Below are positions 1 through 8,811 of a DNA stretch of 37,219 bases, one piece after another. The notes beneath the pieces were generated by a model. It saw only the letters and a list, made by a program, of their open reading frames with translations. It was not told the origin of the DNA and did no database searches. The stretch's first letter is position 1, and every line of letters begins with the position of its first letter. The translations under genes and the position numbers were made by a program. This DNA comes from Candidatus Marsarchaeota archaeon. Lineage in GTDB: Archaea; Micrarchaeota; Micrarchaeia; Micrarchaeales; CABMGC01. The DNA is taken from assembly GCA_023379075.1 (NCBI GenBank), contig JAMCSO010000026.1, positions 1 to 37,219 on the forward strand, read 5' to 3'.

Positions 1-21
1 GAATTGTGGGGTGGTGTTTTG

Positions 22-492
22 GTGGATGATGTTGTTGTAGATCTGTTTGGTAAGCTTCAGGAAGAAAAGAAAACAGGCGAATTATTACAACTGCATTCTG
101 ACTATTATATAAAATTAAATAAACACATTGAAACAAAAAATGATAATTTCTTTGAAAATGGAAAAGATAAAGAAAATATTATTAAAATACTTTCATCTTT
201 GAAAAAAAGAAGAATACAGAAAATACTAGTTTATTTGGCATATGAGAAACCTTTACCTTCCCAGATACCTATTGAAGAAGAAGATTTATATAATCAAATA
301 AAGAAAATAATTAATAAAGAACATGTTTCCAACCCTGTGATAAAGATACGTATAAACGTGCAGGTGCCTGAAATAATAACGAAAGAAGGAACAAAACTCG
401 GTCCTTATAAACAGAATGAAATAGTAGAACTTAATAAAAAAGAAGATATTAATTTTATATTAAGCAATAAAATAGGAGAAATTGTTAATTAA
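22..492 (+). CDS. GINS complex subunit Gins51 (Gins15)-like
   Basis: Helical N-terminal A-domain (KRRIQKIL) plus C-terminal beta B-domain (IKIRINVQVPEIITKEGTKLGPYKQNEIVEL). Sits directly upstream of rpl44e as in the conserved archaeal cluster. GTG at 22 chosen after GGTGGTG; ORF track starts at 4. Confidence 0.75.
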   Translation: MDDVVVDLFGKLQEEKKTGELLQLHSDYYIKLNKHIETKNDNFFENGKDKENIIKILSSLKKRRIQKILVYLAYEKPLPSQIPIEEEDLYNQIKKIINKEHVSNPVIKIRINVQVPEIITKEGTKLGPYKQNEIVELNKKEDINFILSNKIGEIVN

Positions 493-503
493 TAGGAGAT
501 AAT

Positions 504-785
504 ATGAAAATTCAGAAAGATATAATGACTTTCTGCGCAAATTGCAACAAACACACAAAACACGTCGTTAAGCTCTACAATAAGAAACAGCAACGTGGCT
601 TAAGCATAGGCACCAGAAGGCACAACCGTGCAATCAAAGGCTATGTTGGGAGCGTAGAACCAAAAATACACCCAAAAAAACTGGGCAAAAAACAAAAAGC
701 CCTCTTAGAATGTTCTAACTGCAAAAAATCAAGCGAGAAGATCTTCGGAGGAAGAACGAAGAAAAAATTAGAAATTAAAAGATGA
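504..785 (+). CDS. rpl44e: 50S ribosomal protein L44e (eL42)
   Basis: 93 aa, basic, CxxC-xxHT-H ... LECxxC zinc ribbon; GGAG SD upstream; conserved neighbourhood. Confidence 0.95.
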   Translation: MKIQKDIMTFCANCNKHTKHVVKLYNKKQQRGLSIGTRRHNRAIKGYVGSVEPKIHPKKLGKKQKALLECSNCKKSSEKIFGGRTKKKLEIKR

Positions 786-789
786 ATGA

Positions 790-1551
790 ATGATCATAAA
801 CAAAGAACTCCCCTCAGATGGCGAATTTGTGCTTATAAAAATAAGCAAAATAATGCCTTACGGGGCGTATTGTTCTTTAACTGAGTACAACATGGATGCA
901 TACCTTCCAATATCTGAGATATCTTCTGGCTGGATTAAAAACATTCATGAATTTATAAAAGAAGGACAGCAAGACGTTGCAAAAGTAATATTTGTTGACA
1001 AAGAAAAGAGAGCAGTTGATATATCTCTGAAAAAGATAAATCCGAACGAGAAAAAGGAGAAGATAAACGAATACCGTCTTGAAAAGAGAGCAGAAGGTTT
1101 ATTCAACCAGGCAATAATAGCTACAAAAAACAGCGATAAAAGAGCAGACATAATATCCAAACTCTCAACCAACGCACAGACCTACACTGAGGTAATAAAT
1201 AATTCATATTCTAACAAGGATTCTCTCTCTTCACTGCTCGGCGAACCTTTTAGCAAGATTCTTCATGAAATAGTTGTGAAAAACACAAAACCAAAAGTCT
1301 GCAAAGTTTCATATATTGTAGATATGAAGACCATCGATACTAAATCTGGAATAAGCACCTTAAAGAATATATTTTCAGACATAGAATCTCTGGGGGTCAA
1401 AGTGCTTTATCTTGGCGCACCAAAATACCGCCTCGTAGCCGAAGACAGCACATACCCGAATGCCGAAGCAAAAATCAAAAAAGCACAAAAGATATTCGAG
1501 AAAAACTCAAAGAAGATTATGTTTTCAATAGCAGCAATAAAGTCAGAATAA
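790..1551 (+). CDS. eif2a: Translation initiation factor aIF-2 alpha subunit
   Basis: N-terminal S1 domain (LPSDGEFV...YGAY...ISEISSGWIKNI...VDISLK) and C-terminal YLGAPKYR motif. Confidence 0.95.
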   Translation: MIINKELPSDGEFVLIKISKIMPYGAYCSLTEYNMDAYLPISEISSGWIKNIHEFIKEGQQDVAKVIFVDKEKRAVDISLKKINPNEKKEKINEYRLEKRAEGLFNQAIIATKNSDKRADIISKLSTNAQTYTEVINNSYSNKDSLSSLLGEPFSKILHEIVVKNTKPKVCKVSYIVDMKTIDTKSGISTLKNIFSDIESLGVKVLYLGAPKYRLVAEDSTYPNAEAKIKKAQKIFEKNSKKIMFSIAAIKSE

Positions 1552-1613
1552 CTCTTTCTTGCATAATATCTCTTTAATAAGTTATCACGCAAATACTCAT
1601 AAGAGGGATGATC

Positions 1614-2375
1614 ATGCAAAGTACAAAAATTTACTACGACAAAGAACTCAAGCTTAAAGATCCAATAATGATTGTTGGGCTTCCCGGGATTGGGGGTGTT
1701 GGGAGCCTTGTCGCAGAACATCTCAAGAACGAATTCAAAGCAAAGAAATTTGCAACCCTATATTCCCCACATTTTATACACCAGACAATAATGCTGAGCG
1801 ACGGGAGACTTAGGCTTGTAAATAACAGATTTTATCATGCAAATATAGGAAAGAAGGATGTTGTTCTCCTAGTTGGAGATACGCAAGCAACAACCCCTGA
1901 AGGACAATATGAAGTCAATGAAAAAATCGTGAAATTCTTCAAAGCTCTAGGCGGAAAGTCTGTCTACACTGTGGGAGGATACAATATCAGTGGAAATTAT
2001 GTAGATTATCCACGCGTCTTTGGGGTTGCCACTACAAAAAAGATGATAGAATCTTTAAGTGATACTGGAATAATATTCGGAAAAGCAACAGGTGCTGTGT
2101 GGGGGTCTGCAGGGTTAATACCTGCATTCTCAAAAAAATACAATATTGATGCAGCATGTGTTATGGGTGAGACCGGAGCGCTTGAGATAGACGCAAACGC
2201 TGCAAAATCTGTCCTACAAGAACTAAGCAAAATACTGGGTGTCAAGATCAATCTCAATAATATAGATAAAATAAAAAAAGAGACAGAGCGTGTCATCAAA
2301 GAGATGGAAGAAGCCGCAAAGAATATGCCTGAGAATCAACAACCAACCCGCGATAACCTCTCATATATCAGATAA
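1614..2375 (+). CDS. PAC2 family proteasome assembly chaperone-like protein
   Basis: IVGLPGIGGVG, LVGDTQ, TVGGY, GSAGLI, CVMGET, IDANAAK motifs and C-terminal YIR; canonical position after aIF2alpha. Start 1608 or 1614. Confidence 0.9.
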   Translation: MQSTKIYYDKELKLKDPIMIVGLPGIGGVGSLVAEHLKNEFKAKKFATLYSPHFIHQTIMLSDGRLRLVNNRFYHANIGKKDVVLLVGDTQATTPEGQYEVNEKIVKFFKALGGKSVYTVGGYNISGNYVDYPRVFGVATTKKMIESLSDTGIIFGKATGAVWGSAGLIPAFSKKYNIDAACVMGETGALEIDANAAKSVLQELSKILGVKINLNNIDKIKKETERVIKEMEEAAKNMPENQQPTRDNLSYIR

Positions 2376-2383
2376 TGCTCCAA

Positions 2384-2469
2384 GCGCCAGTAATCTAGCC
2401 TGGTAGGATCTCAGCTTCCCATCCTTAAGGAAAAAGCTGATAGCTCGGGTTCAAATCCCGACTGGCGCA
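2384..2469 (+). tRNA. tRNA-Gly(CCC) with 13-nt intron at 37/38 (intron 2422-2434)
   Basis: Acceptor GCGCCAG/CTGGCGC, anticodon stem TCAGC/GCTGA, loop TT-CCC-A[TCCTTAAGGAAAA]A, T-arm TCGGG-TTCAAAT-CCCGA, discriminator A, CCA not encoded. Confidence 0.93.
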
Positions 2470-2473
2470 GCCA

Positions 2474-2915
2474 TCACAAAAAGTTAAAGAAACTACTGTA
2501 CTCTATAAGATAATATCCAGCATGGGCTGGGTCTGGCGAAAGGCCAAGCATATTAATAATCATTGATACATTCTCCTCCAACACCTTACCGAGCGCCACT
2601 ATCAGTGACATTGTCGGGATATAAATCTGACCAACATTCAGGAAAGACAAACCAGAAAGCCCTTCCAATACGGGCTGTACCTTATTAGCTCCAAGCACAT
2701 CCAAAACCGCATCTGTGTTCTTTCTAAATTCTTCACCACGCTTTTCTCTGATCTTAATAAGCCTTCTTTCAGGATCTCTTCTCTGTAAGTCTTTCCACAA
2801 CTACATTACAGTTATCCATCAGCAAGCTTGAGGCAAGAGCCTCTACCTTCCTCGGGCTCTCCTTAGCATCACTCTTGATAGCTACTGATTGGTCAATTGT
2901 TGGAGTATTGCTCAA
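2474..2915 (-). pseudogene. Possible frameshifted hypothetical gene
   Basis: A 108-aa ORF (2474-2800) overlaps an upstream open frame starting TTG at ~2915 (LSNTPTIDQSVAIK...TEKRS*). No recognisable motif. Confidence 0.3.
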
Positions 2916-2928
2916 AAAGCTTTATAAT
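2915..2928 (+). promoter_or_regulatory. BRE/TATA promoter of radA
   Basis: A-run-GC-TTTATAAT about 45 nt upstream of the radA ATG. The same A-run + TTTA/TTAT pattern precedes several genes in the window. Confidence 0.5.
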
Positions 2929-2972
2929 CCTATACTGCCTACTCTATAATACTAATTATTGGGGTTCATCAA

Positions 2973-3923
2973 ATGCCAAAAGAAAAGAGCATCAAAGAGC
3001 TCGAAGACCTTCCTGGGATAGGCCCTACAACAGCGGAAAAGCTAAAAGAAAACGGATATGACTCTGTTGAAAAAATTGCTGTTGCATCGCCACATGAACT
3101 ATCTGAGCTTGTTGGTCTTAGTGTTGATAACGCAAAGAAAGCGGTAGAAGCTGCCCGCCAAGCAACAACTCTAGAATATAGCACTGGATCCGACTTATAT
3201 AATAAAAGAAAAGCCTTGGGTCGCATCTCAACTAACGCCAAGACGCTTGACGACCTTCTCGGAGGTGGGCTTGAAACAAACGCAATAACAGAAGCGTATG
3301 GGAAGTTCGCATCCGGAAAGACCCAGCTGTCTTTTCAACTATCTGTAAATGTGCAACTTCCACTAGACAAAGGGGGCCTAGCTGGCGCGGTCTTATTTAT
3401 AGATACTGAAGGAACGTTTCGTCCAGAAAGAATAGAATCAATAGCAAAAGCGAAAGAGCTGGATCCCGAACAAGCACTTAATAACATAAAGGTAGTGCGC
3501 ACAGTTACCACTGAACAGCAAATTCTCTCCATAGAGAGAGCAGACAAACTGGTTAGGGATGAAAATATAAAGCTGATTGTTGTTGACTCCATGATGTCTC
3601 TCTTCAGGTCTGAGTTTATTGGGAGGGGGGCTCTAGGAGAAAGGCAGCAAAAGTTAAACTCTCACATCCACAAACTCCAAGCCCTTGCAGATACACATAA
3701 CCTTGCAGTCTATGTCACAAACCAGGTAATGGACAACCCCGCAATACTATTTGGCGATCCAACAACCCCTGTAGGCGGAAACATAATGGCACACGCAGCC
3801 ACAACCCGTCTTTACATGAGGAAATCAAAAGAAGAAAAAAGGATAATACGCCTTGTCGATTCTCCAAACATGCCTGAAGGAGAAGCCGTAATAAAAATAA
3901 CAACGAACGGCATAAGGGATTAA
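2973..3923 (+). CDS. radA: DNA repair and recombination protein RadA
   Basis: N-terminal HhH (LEDLPGIGP), Walker A GKFASGKTQ, IDTEGTFRPERI, Walker B LIVVDS, TNQV; no intein. Confidence 0.98.
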   Translation: MPKEKSIKELEDLPGIGPTTAEKLKENGYDSVEKIAVASPHELSELVGLSVDNAKKAVEAARQATTLEYSTGSDLYNKRKALGRISTNAKTLDDLLGGGLETNAITEAYGKFASGKTQLSFQLSVNVQLPLDKGGLAGAVLFIDTEGTFRPERIESIAKAKELDPEQALNNIKVVRTVTTEQQILSIERADKLVRDENIKLIVVDSMMSLFRSEFIGRGALGERQQKLNSHIHKLQALADTHNLAVYVTNQVMDNPAILFGDPTTPVGGNIMAHAATTRLYMRKSKEEKRIIRLVDSPNMPEGEAVIKITTNGIRD

Positions 3924-3934
3924 TCGGGTTCATC

Positions 3935-4687
3935 ATGCTTTTTTTGATAGGTGTTGGATTAGATACTGGGGATATCTCTGTAAAAGGATTAGATCTCATA
4001 AAATCTACAGAACACGTTTGCATAGAGCAATACACAACAAAAATAAGCAGTGAATATCTAAATTACCTTAAGATGGAATCTGGAAAGGACATACTGGAAC
4101 TTTCAAGGAGCGATCTTGAAGAGAAACTCAACAATACACTATCAAAAGCAAAAAGCGCAGATCTAGCGATCCTCTTTCCAGGAGACCCACTAATAGCAAC
4201 GACACACAAGATCATACTTGGCGCTGCCAAAGCGTGCAATATACCTGTACGGGTGCTTCACGCGCCCTCCATCTTAACTGCAGCAATGGGTGAAAGCATG
4301 CTCAATGCGTATCGTTTCGGGCCTACAACAACAATACCCCAATGGACTGAGAAATACATGCCTACCTCTTTTCTTGACGTGATACTTGAGAACAAACGAA
4401 ACGGGCAGCATACCTTGGCACTTCTAGATATAGATCCAAAGACCGGAACCACAATCAGCATTGAAACTGCGATAAATATAATATGCACAGCAGCAGGTCA
4501 GAAGGGTGTGGATCTTACCTCTCAAAGAATGATTGCACTTCTAAACCTTGGCAGGGCGACGCAGAAAGTACTATACCTTCAGCTAGATGATTTGAAAAAA
4601 AAACACATATGTGAAGGTATAGCTTCTTTGATCTTTGTTGGAAAGTTGGGCTTCGAAGAAGAGGAAGCGCTGAAAATATTCACCTAG
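3935..4687 (+). CDS. dph5: Diphthine synthase
   Basis: MLFLIGVGL, EQYT, GDPLIATTH, YRFG-TTTIP, HTLALLDI motifs. Confidence 0.95.
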   Translation: MLFLIGVGLDTGDISVKGLDLIKSTEHVCIEQYTTKISSEYLNYLKMESGKDILELSRSDLEEKLNNTLSKAKSADLAILFPGDPLIATTHKIILGAAKACNIPVRVLHAPSILTAAMGESMLNAYRFGPTTTIPQWTEKYMPTSFLDVILENKRNGQHTLALLDIDPKTGTTISIETAINIICTAAGQKGVDLTSQRMIALLNLGRATQKVLYLQLDDLKKKHICEGIASLIFVGKLGFEEEEALKIFT

Positions 4688-5729
4688 CCCCAACCCTCCA
4701 GTACTTCATAGTGTATATCAGGGCAGCGGAACCGAACATCTCTACAAACCACACACTTATTATCCTAAAGAATATTGTTATTGTGAGTGCCAATGCAACC
4801 GTTATCTTGTCTGGAAAGAAAAGCACCAGGTATCCCGCAATCGCAGCGTCTGAGATCCCCAACGTGGCTGGGATTCCCGTTATCATTCCGAAGAGCAGCG
4901 CAGACGAGTAGATAAAGACTATTGTGGGCAAGAAGGTGTAACTTATACTAACCCCGAAGCTGAGTATCACCAGGTAGAAAGCCACGCAATTCATCAGCAT
5001 TGACGGGATGGTAAACATCATGGAATAGACATACTCCCTCTTACCAAGCTTTTTATTGTTCTTGAAATAAAGCTCTCCAACCTCAAAGAAGCTTCTGAGT
5101 GCGCGAATGTGGCCAAGTCTCCTTTTAATGTAGCCAAATGGTCTCTGGTTGAAGAGAAAGAAAAACGGCACAAGTAGAAGGAGCGCTATAAAAACAGAAA
5201 AACCCACAAATTTGTCCAGGAGGAATGCGGCACATATACTTATCGTAGCAAAGCCAAGATAATCTGTAAATATGTCTGCAACAACTGCAGGGAACGTGGT
5301 AGCGAACTTTACTCCAGAAATCCTGTTTAGGGTATATGCGGCCACCGCCCTCCCCCACCTTCCTGGAGTAATATCCATCGAGTACATGGAAAGATAAATA
5401 AGAAAGTTGCTTTTCCTATCAACATTTACTTTCAGTTTGTATATATATTCTTCCCATTTTGGAAAACGCAGCAGGTAGCCGCAAAACAAGACAAAGACGG
5501 CAGACAGGTAATAAAGAGGATTTATTGATGCCACGTCTTCCACAAACTTGCCAAAGCCTTCTTTTGACACTGCAATAATTGCCATAACCATAAAAACAAA
5601 AACGCTGGCAACCATGACAATAATGACTGCGTGCCTCGCCCTGTCTATCCTCTTCTTGTAATCTCTCTCCTTTTCTATGCTGCCTATGTTCTCAAGTCCT
5701 GGGGCACGGTCCAATTCCTTTACAGACAT
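4680..5729 (-). CDS. UPF0104/AglD2-like flippase-domain membrane protein (lysylphosphatidylglycerol synthase TM family)
   Basis: Multi-pass hydrophobic protein with LRFPKW, ITPGRWG, GIPATLG..D and FRIISVW motifs. Confidence 0.75.
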   Translation of the reverse strand: MSVKELDRAPGLENIGSIEKERDYKKRIDRARHAVIIVMVASVFVFMVMAIIAVSKEGFGKFVEDVASINPLYYLSAVFVLFCGYLLRFPKWEEYIYKLKVNVDRKSNFLIYLSMYSMDITPGRWGRAVAAYTLNRISGVKFATTFPAVVADIFTDYLGFATISICAAFLLDKFVGFSVFIALLLLVPFFFLFNQRPFGYIKRRLGHIRALRSFFEVGELYFKNNKKLGKREYVYSMMFTIPSMLMNCVAFYLVILSFGVSISYTFLPTIVFIYSSALLFGMITGIPATLGISDAAIAGYLVLFFPDKITVALALTITIFFRIISVWFVEMFGSAALIYTMKYWRVGAR

Positions 5730-5851
5730 ATAAGCTCAACTAACTCCTTTTATATAACATATATTAACATTAACCATTATAATATTACCAATTCTCCAGA
5801 TACGTGAATATTTCCCATAAAACAAAGAAGATCTATATGCTACTACTCAAA

Positions 5852-6994
5852 ATGGCCCAGAAGCAAAGGATAATTGCAGAAGACCAATCTACGAAAGACA
5901 TACTTAAAAAAGGGTTCTTCGGGAAAGATGCTCCAGACGGCCTTGAACTTAGCATAGAAGAAGCCCTTTATTTGATAGATGTTAGAAACGCATCATGCAC
6001 AAAAGGCAAAAACGAGCTCACATTTAATGATCTTGCTGAGAGATTCTGGAAGAAAAATAAGTTTATTGCAAGATACTTCACTTATAAGGACTGGAGAGAC
6101 AGGGGACTTGTAATAAAGGATCTTTCTTTCAGGTTCAAGGAACCAAACACAACACCCAACAAGGAATATCCTTCGGGAAAGTTGGAGCTTCCACCATACA
6201 AAATCAGAGGAACTTTCTTTAAAACAGACCTAATCTCAATAATTGATGACAAAGAGAAAGGAAAAGAGCTTTATGATACGCTCTGGTTTGGACAATATGG
6301 GTCTTACAAAGCTTCAGACCGCGGCCAACTAAATAAAATGGACATCTTTGAAACGCTCTTCCTTATCGAGAAAGGAATGTTGACCCTCACGAACATCTCA
6401 AAGAAAGACCTTCTTACATACCTCTTATCAAAGAGGAAAGACGCACCCAAGTTATTCGAGGTTTATAAAGACTGGAGGGAAAGAGGATACATAATAAAGA
6501 CCGGCTTTAAATTCGGAACGCACTTCAGGGTATACTTCCCTGGGGCCCACCCAATAAAGAATGATGTAAATGATTGGATTCATTCAAAACATGTCATACA
6601 TGTCTTTCCCAAAGATTCGCGCCTACTAATCTCAGAATGGGCCAGAGCAATACGGGTCGCACACTCTGTGCGAAAGACCTTTATTCTTGCAGTTCCAGGC
6701 AAAACAAAGGAGAAAAAGACACATATAGATTATGTATTATATCACAGGAAAGGCGGCGAAGCAGAAACGCCCCTCACCGGCCCTCCAAAGTATGTGATGC
6801 TCTCACTGAGCGAAGATGAGTACATCGGCGGCAATGAGTTTGCAGGTGCCATAACCGAGGCAAAGAAGAGAAAGGCTGAACTCATACTCGCAATAGCAGA
6901 CAGGGAAACCTCTGTTACTTATTATAAGGTAAGGCAGATCCGGCTCCCAAGCAGCGACAACGATTATTACGAGATTGATTGGCTCCAGCCATAA
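5852..6994 (+). CDS. endA: tRNA splicing endonuclease, three-unit epsilon2 (ARMAN) type
   Basis: Repeated EndA units (EEALYL..YKDWRDRG; FETLFL..YKDWRERGY-IKTGFKFGTHFRVY), catalytic Y/H/K (FRVY, IHSKH, VRKT), ARMAN-specific-loop-like GSYKASDR, C-terminal DWLQP; ~380 aa. Start could be 5837. Confidence 0.93.
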   Translation: MAQKQRIIAEDQSTKDILKKGFFGKDAPDGLELSIEEALYLIDVRNASCTKGKNELTFNDLAERFWKKNKFIARYFTYKDWRDRGLVIKDLSFRFKEPNTTPNKEYPSGKLELPPYKIRGTFFKTDLISIIDDKEKGKELYDTLWFGQYGSYKASDRGQLNKMDIFETLFLIEKGMLTLTNISKKDLLTYLLSKRKDAPKLFEVYKDWRERGYIIKTGFKFGTHFRVYFPGAHPIKNDVNDWIHSKHVIHVFPKDSRLLISEWARAIRVAHSVRKTFILAVPGKTKEKKTHIDYVLYHRKGGEAETPLTGPPKYVMLSLSEDEYIGGNEFAGAITEAKKRKAELILAIADRETSVTYYKVRQIRLPSSDNDYYEIDWLQP

Positions 6995-7060
6995 CTCCAC
7001 TATTCACAAAAATATCAAAAGGCTTTAAATCTTAATGTGTATTGGATACTAGGCGATCTT

Positions 7061-7342
7061 ATGAAGCTATCTGAAATATATAGGATGGATATATACAGCG
7101 ACTCAGGCCAGTACCTCGGAGAGGTTCAGGATGTAATAGTGGATCTCGAGATGGGGGAAGTGAGCAGGCTACTAATGGTTCCTTGGAAGAATGCAAAAAA
7201 TGATGCACGGGGAGCCCTAAAGCAGAATAGCATACTTTACAAAAACGTTAAGAATGTTGGTGATGTCGTCCTCGTATCTTCTCCAAATCCTATGCGCGGC
7301 GAATCTACGACAAACGAAGAAGTCAATGATCTTTCAAGGTAA
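7061..7342 (+). CDS. PRC-barrel domain protein (CdpB-like)
   Basis: LSEIYRMDIYSDSGQYLGEVQDVIVD...VKNVGDVVLV is a typical single archaeal PRC barrel; TATA-like TTTAAAT at 7024-7030. Confidence 0.85.
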   Translation: MKLSEIYRMDIYSDSGQYLGEVQDVIVDLEMGEVSRLLMVPWKNAKNDARGALKQNSILYKNVKNVGDVVLVSSPNPMRGESTTNEEVNDLSR

Positions 7343-7360
7343 ACCAAGAATCCCTGGTTT

Positions 7361-7909
7361 CTATTCCTTCTTTTTTATTACTTTCGGTACGCGTATTCCT
7401 CTCTGCCTTAAGTAAGAGCCTTTGTATGCATTCTTAACTCTATTCAATGTTGTTGCAAAGATCACATGGGCAAATCGCGTTCCAGGCCTCAATAATATTG
7501 CATGTTCACTGCTGTTGTAAACATCAAGCGTCACAGTGCCAGCAAAACCCGCATCTATTATTGTCGGCGGCAGGATGAGGCCGTGCCTGGCCCACGTGCT
7601 TCTTAGCTCAACAAAACCCATAAGGTTATCTGGCAGCCCGACATGCTCTATCGTAGACGCAAGAACTTGGGTCTTGGCAGGAATTATCAGTTCTTCGTCG
7701 TTCTTCTCTATTATATATGCCTTCTTAACATGCGCCACATTTGAGGGATCCAGCACAAAATCCTTATTCAATTTTGGATTATGTCTTGCTATCTCGTTTG
7801 CCAATCTAAGATCAAGTCCATTCTCTCTGATGGTCTCTTTGCTCATTGGCTCTATAATTAGCCTTTTGTGTTTGATGTAGCTCTCAAGATCAAAGTCCGA
7901 CAATATCAT
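7361..7909 (-). CDS. dcd: dCTP deaminase
   Basis: MILSD, NGLDLRL, ELRSTWARHG, IDAGF-GTVTL, YKGSY motifs. Confidence 0.9.
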   Translation of the reverse strand: MILSDFDLESYIKHKRLIIEPMSKETIRENGLDLRLANEIARHNPKLNKDFVLDPSNVAHVKKAYIIEKNDEELIIPAKTQVLASTIEHVGLPDNLMGFVELRSTWARHGLILPPTIIDAGFAGTVTLDVYNSSEHAILLRPGTRFAHVIFATTLNRVKNAYKGSYLRQRGIRVPKVIKKKE

Positions 7910-7985
7910 GGTAACCAATAACTTCTAGTTGAACGCATTTATATATTTTTGGGAAGCAATGGTATCGTCAATTGGGGGTGGTTTC

Positions 7986-8576
7986 ATGTTCTTGGTTCTT
8001 GAAGGAATTGACGGCGCAGGTAAGACCACACACGCAAAGATGTTGCACGAGTATTTCAGATCCAAGAGCCAGAAATGTGTCCTGACAGACGAGCCAACCT
8101 CCGGAACAATAGGCATAATAATAAAGGGCTTCCTCAGGCAAAAGTCTGGGATAAGCCCAACCGCACTTCAGCTGCTCTTTGCTTCTGACAGAGCTGAGCA
8201 CGTCGAGAAATTCATAGTCCCAGAGCTTAAATCCGGAACCAATATAATAATGGATAGGTACGTGGCATCTACTGTAGCATACGGAACTGCATCTGGTCTT
8301 GATAAAGAGTGGCTAATAAGCATCAACAGCAAGTTCAGGACGCCTGACATTACTCTGCTTCTTGACATAGACCCAAAAGTCTCCATGAAACGAAAGTTTC
8401 CAAACCAGGACGAGAGCGAGGTCGAGCTCTTCGAGAGCGTATCTCTATTGGAAAAGGTGAGAAATACCTACCTCGAGCTCGCAAAGGTCTACGATAACTA
8501 TTTTATAATTGATGCCTCCAAAAGCAAAGATGCAGTTGAACAAGCCATCTTAAATAAGATTGAGCACATACTATAA
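7986..8576 (+). CDS. tmk: Thymidylate kinase
   Basis: LEGIDGAGKTT P-loop, EPT, LLFASDRAEH, DRY, PDITLLLD; GGGGGTGG SD before ATG 7986. Confidence 0.95.
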   Translation: MFLVLEGIDGAGKTTHAKMLHEYFRSKSQKCVLTDEPTSGTIGIIIKGFLRQKSGISPTALQLLFASDRAEHVEKFIVPELKSGTNIIMDRYVASTVAYGTASGLDKEWLISINSKFRTPDITLLLDIDPKVSMKRKFPNQDESEVELFESVSLLEKVRNTYLELAKVYDNYFIIDASKSKDAVEQAILNKIEHIL

Positions 8577-8590
8577 TTATATTTTTAGAC

Positions 8591-8665
8591 GCTCCCATCG
8601 TCCAGCCCGGCTAAGGACGCGGGGCTTTCAACCCTGAAACTCGGGTTCAAATCCCGATGGGAGCA
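8591..8665 (+). tRNA. tRNA-Glu(UUC)
   Basis: GCTCCCA/TGGGAGC acceptor, D-stem GTCC/GGAC, anticodon stem CGGGG/CCCTG with CT-TTC-AA loop, TTCAAAT T-loop. Confidence 0.96.
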
Positions 8666-8811
8666 CTCGAACTTCGGGGTTATATCTAGAAACCCGGCAT
8701 GTTTTTGTCTGATTGCACATATTAATTATAAGAAACAGAAAGAGAATACCATTACGGACAACACAAACAAAGATAAATGTAATTTTCCAATTCAATTGGT
8801 TGTGTGATTGC

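Noticed and set aside
7916..7931. CAATAACTTCTAGTTG as an NrdR box between dcd and tmk
   Set aside because: Biologically attractive, but it has several core mismatches and no tandem partner; needs a PWM scan.
8787..8799. CCAATT-C-AATTGG palindrome
   Set aside because: 6-bp arms in AT-rich DNA are expected by chance.
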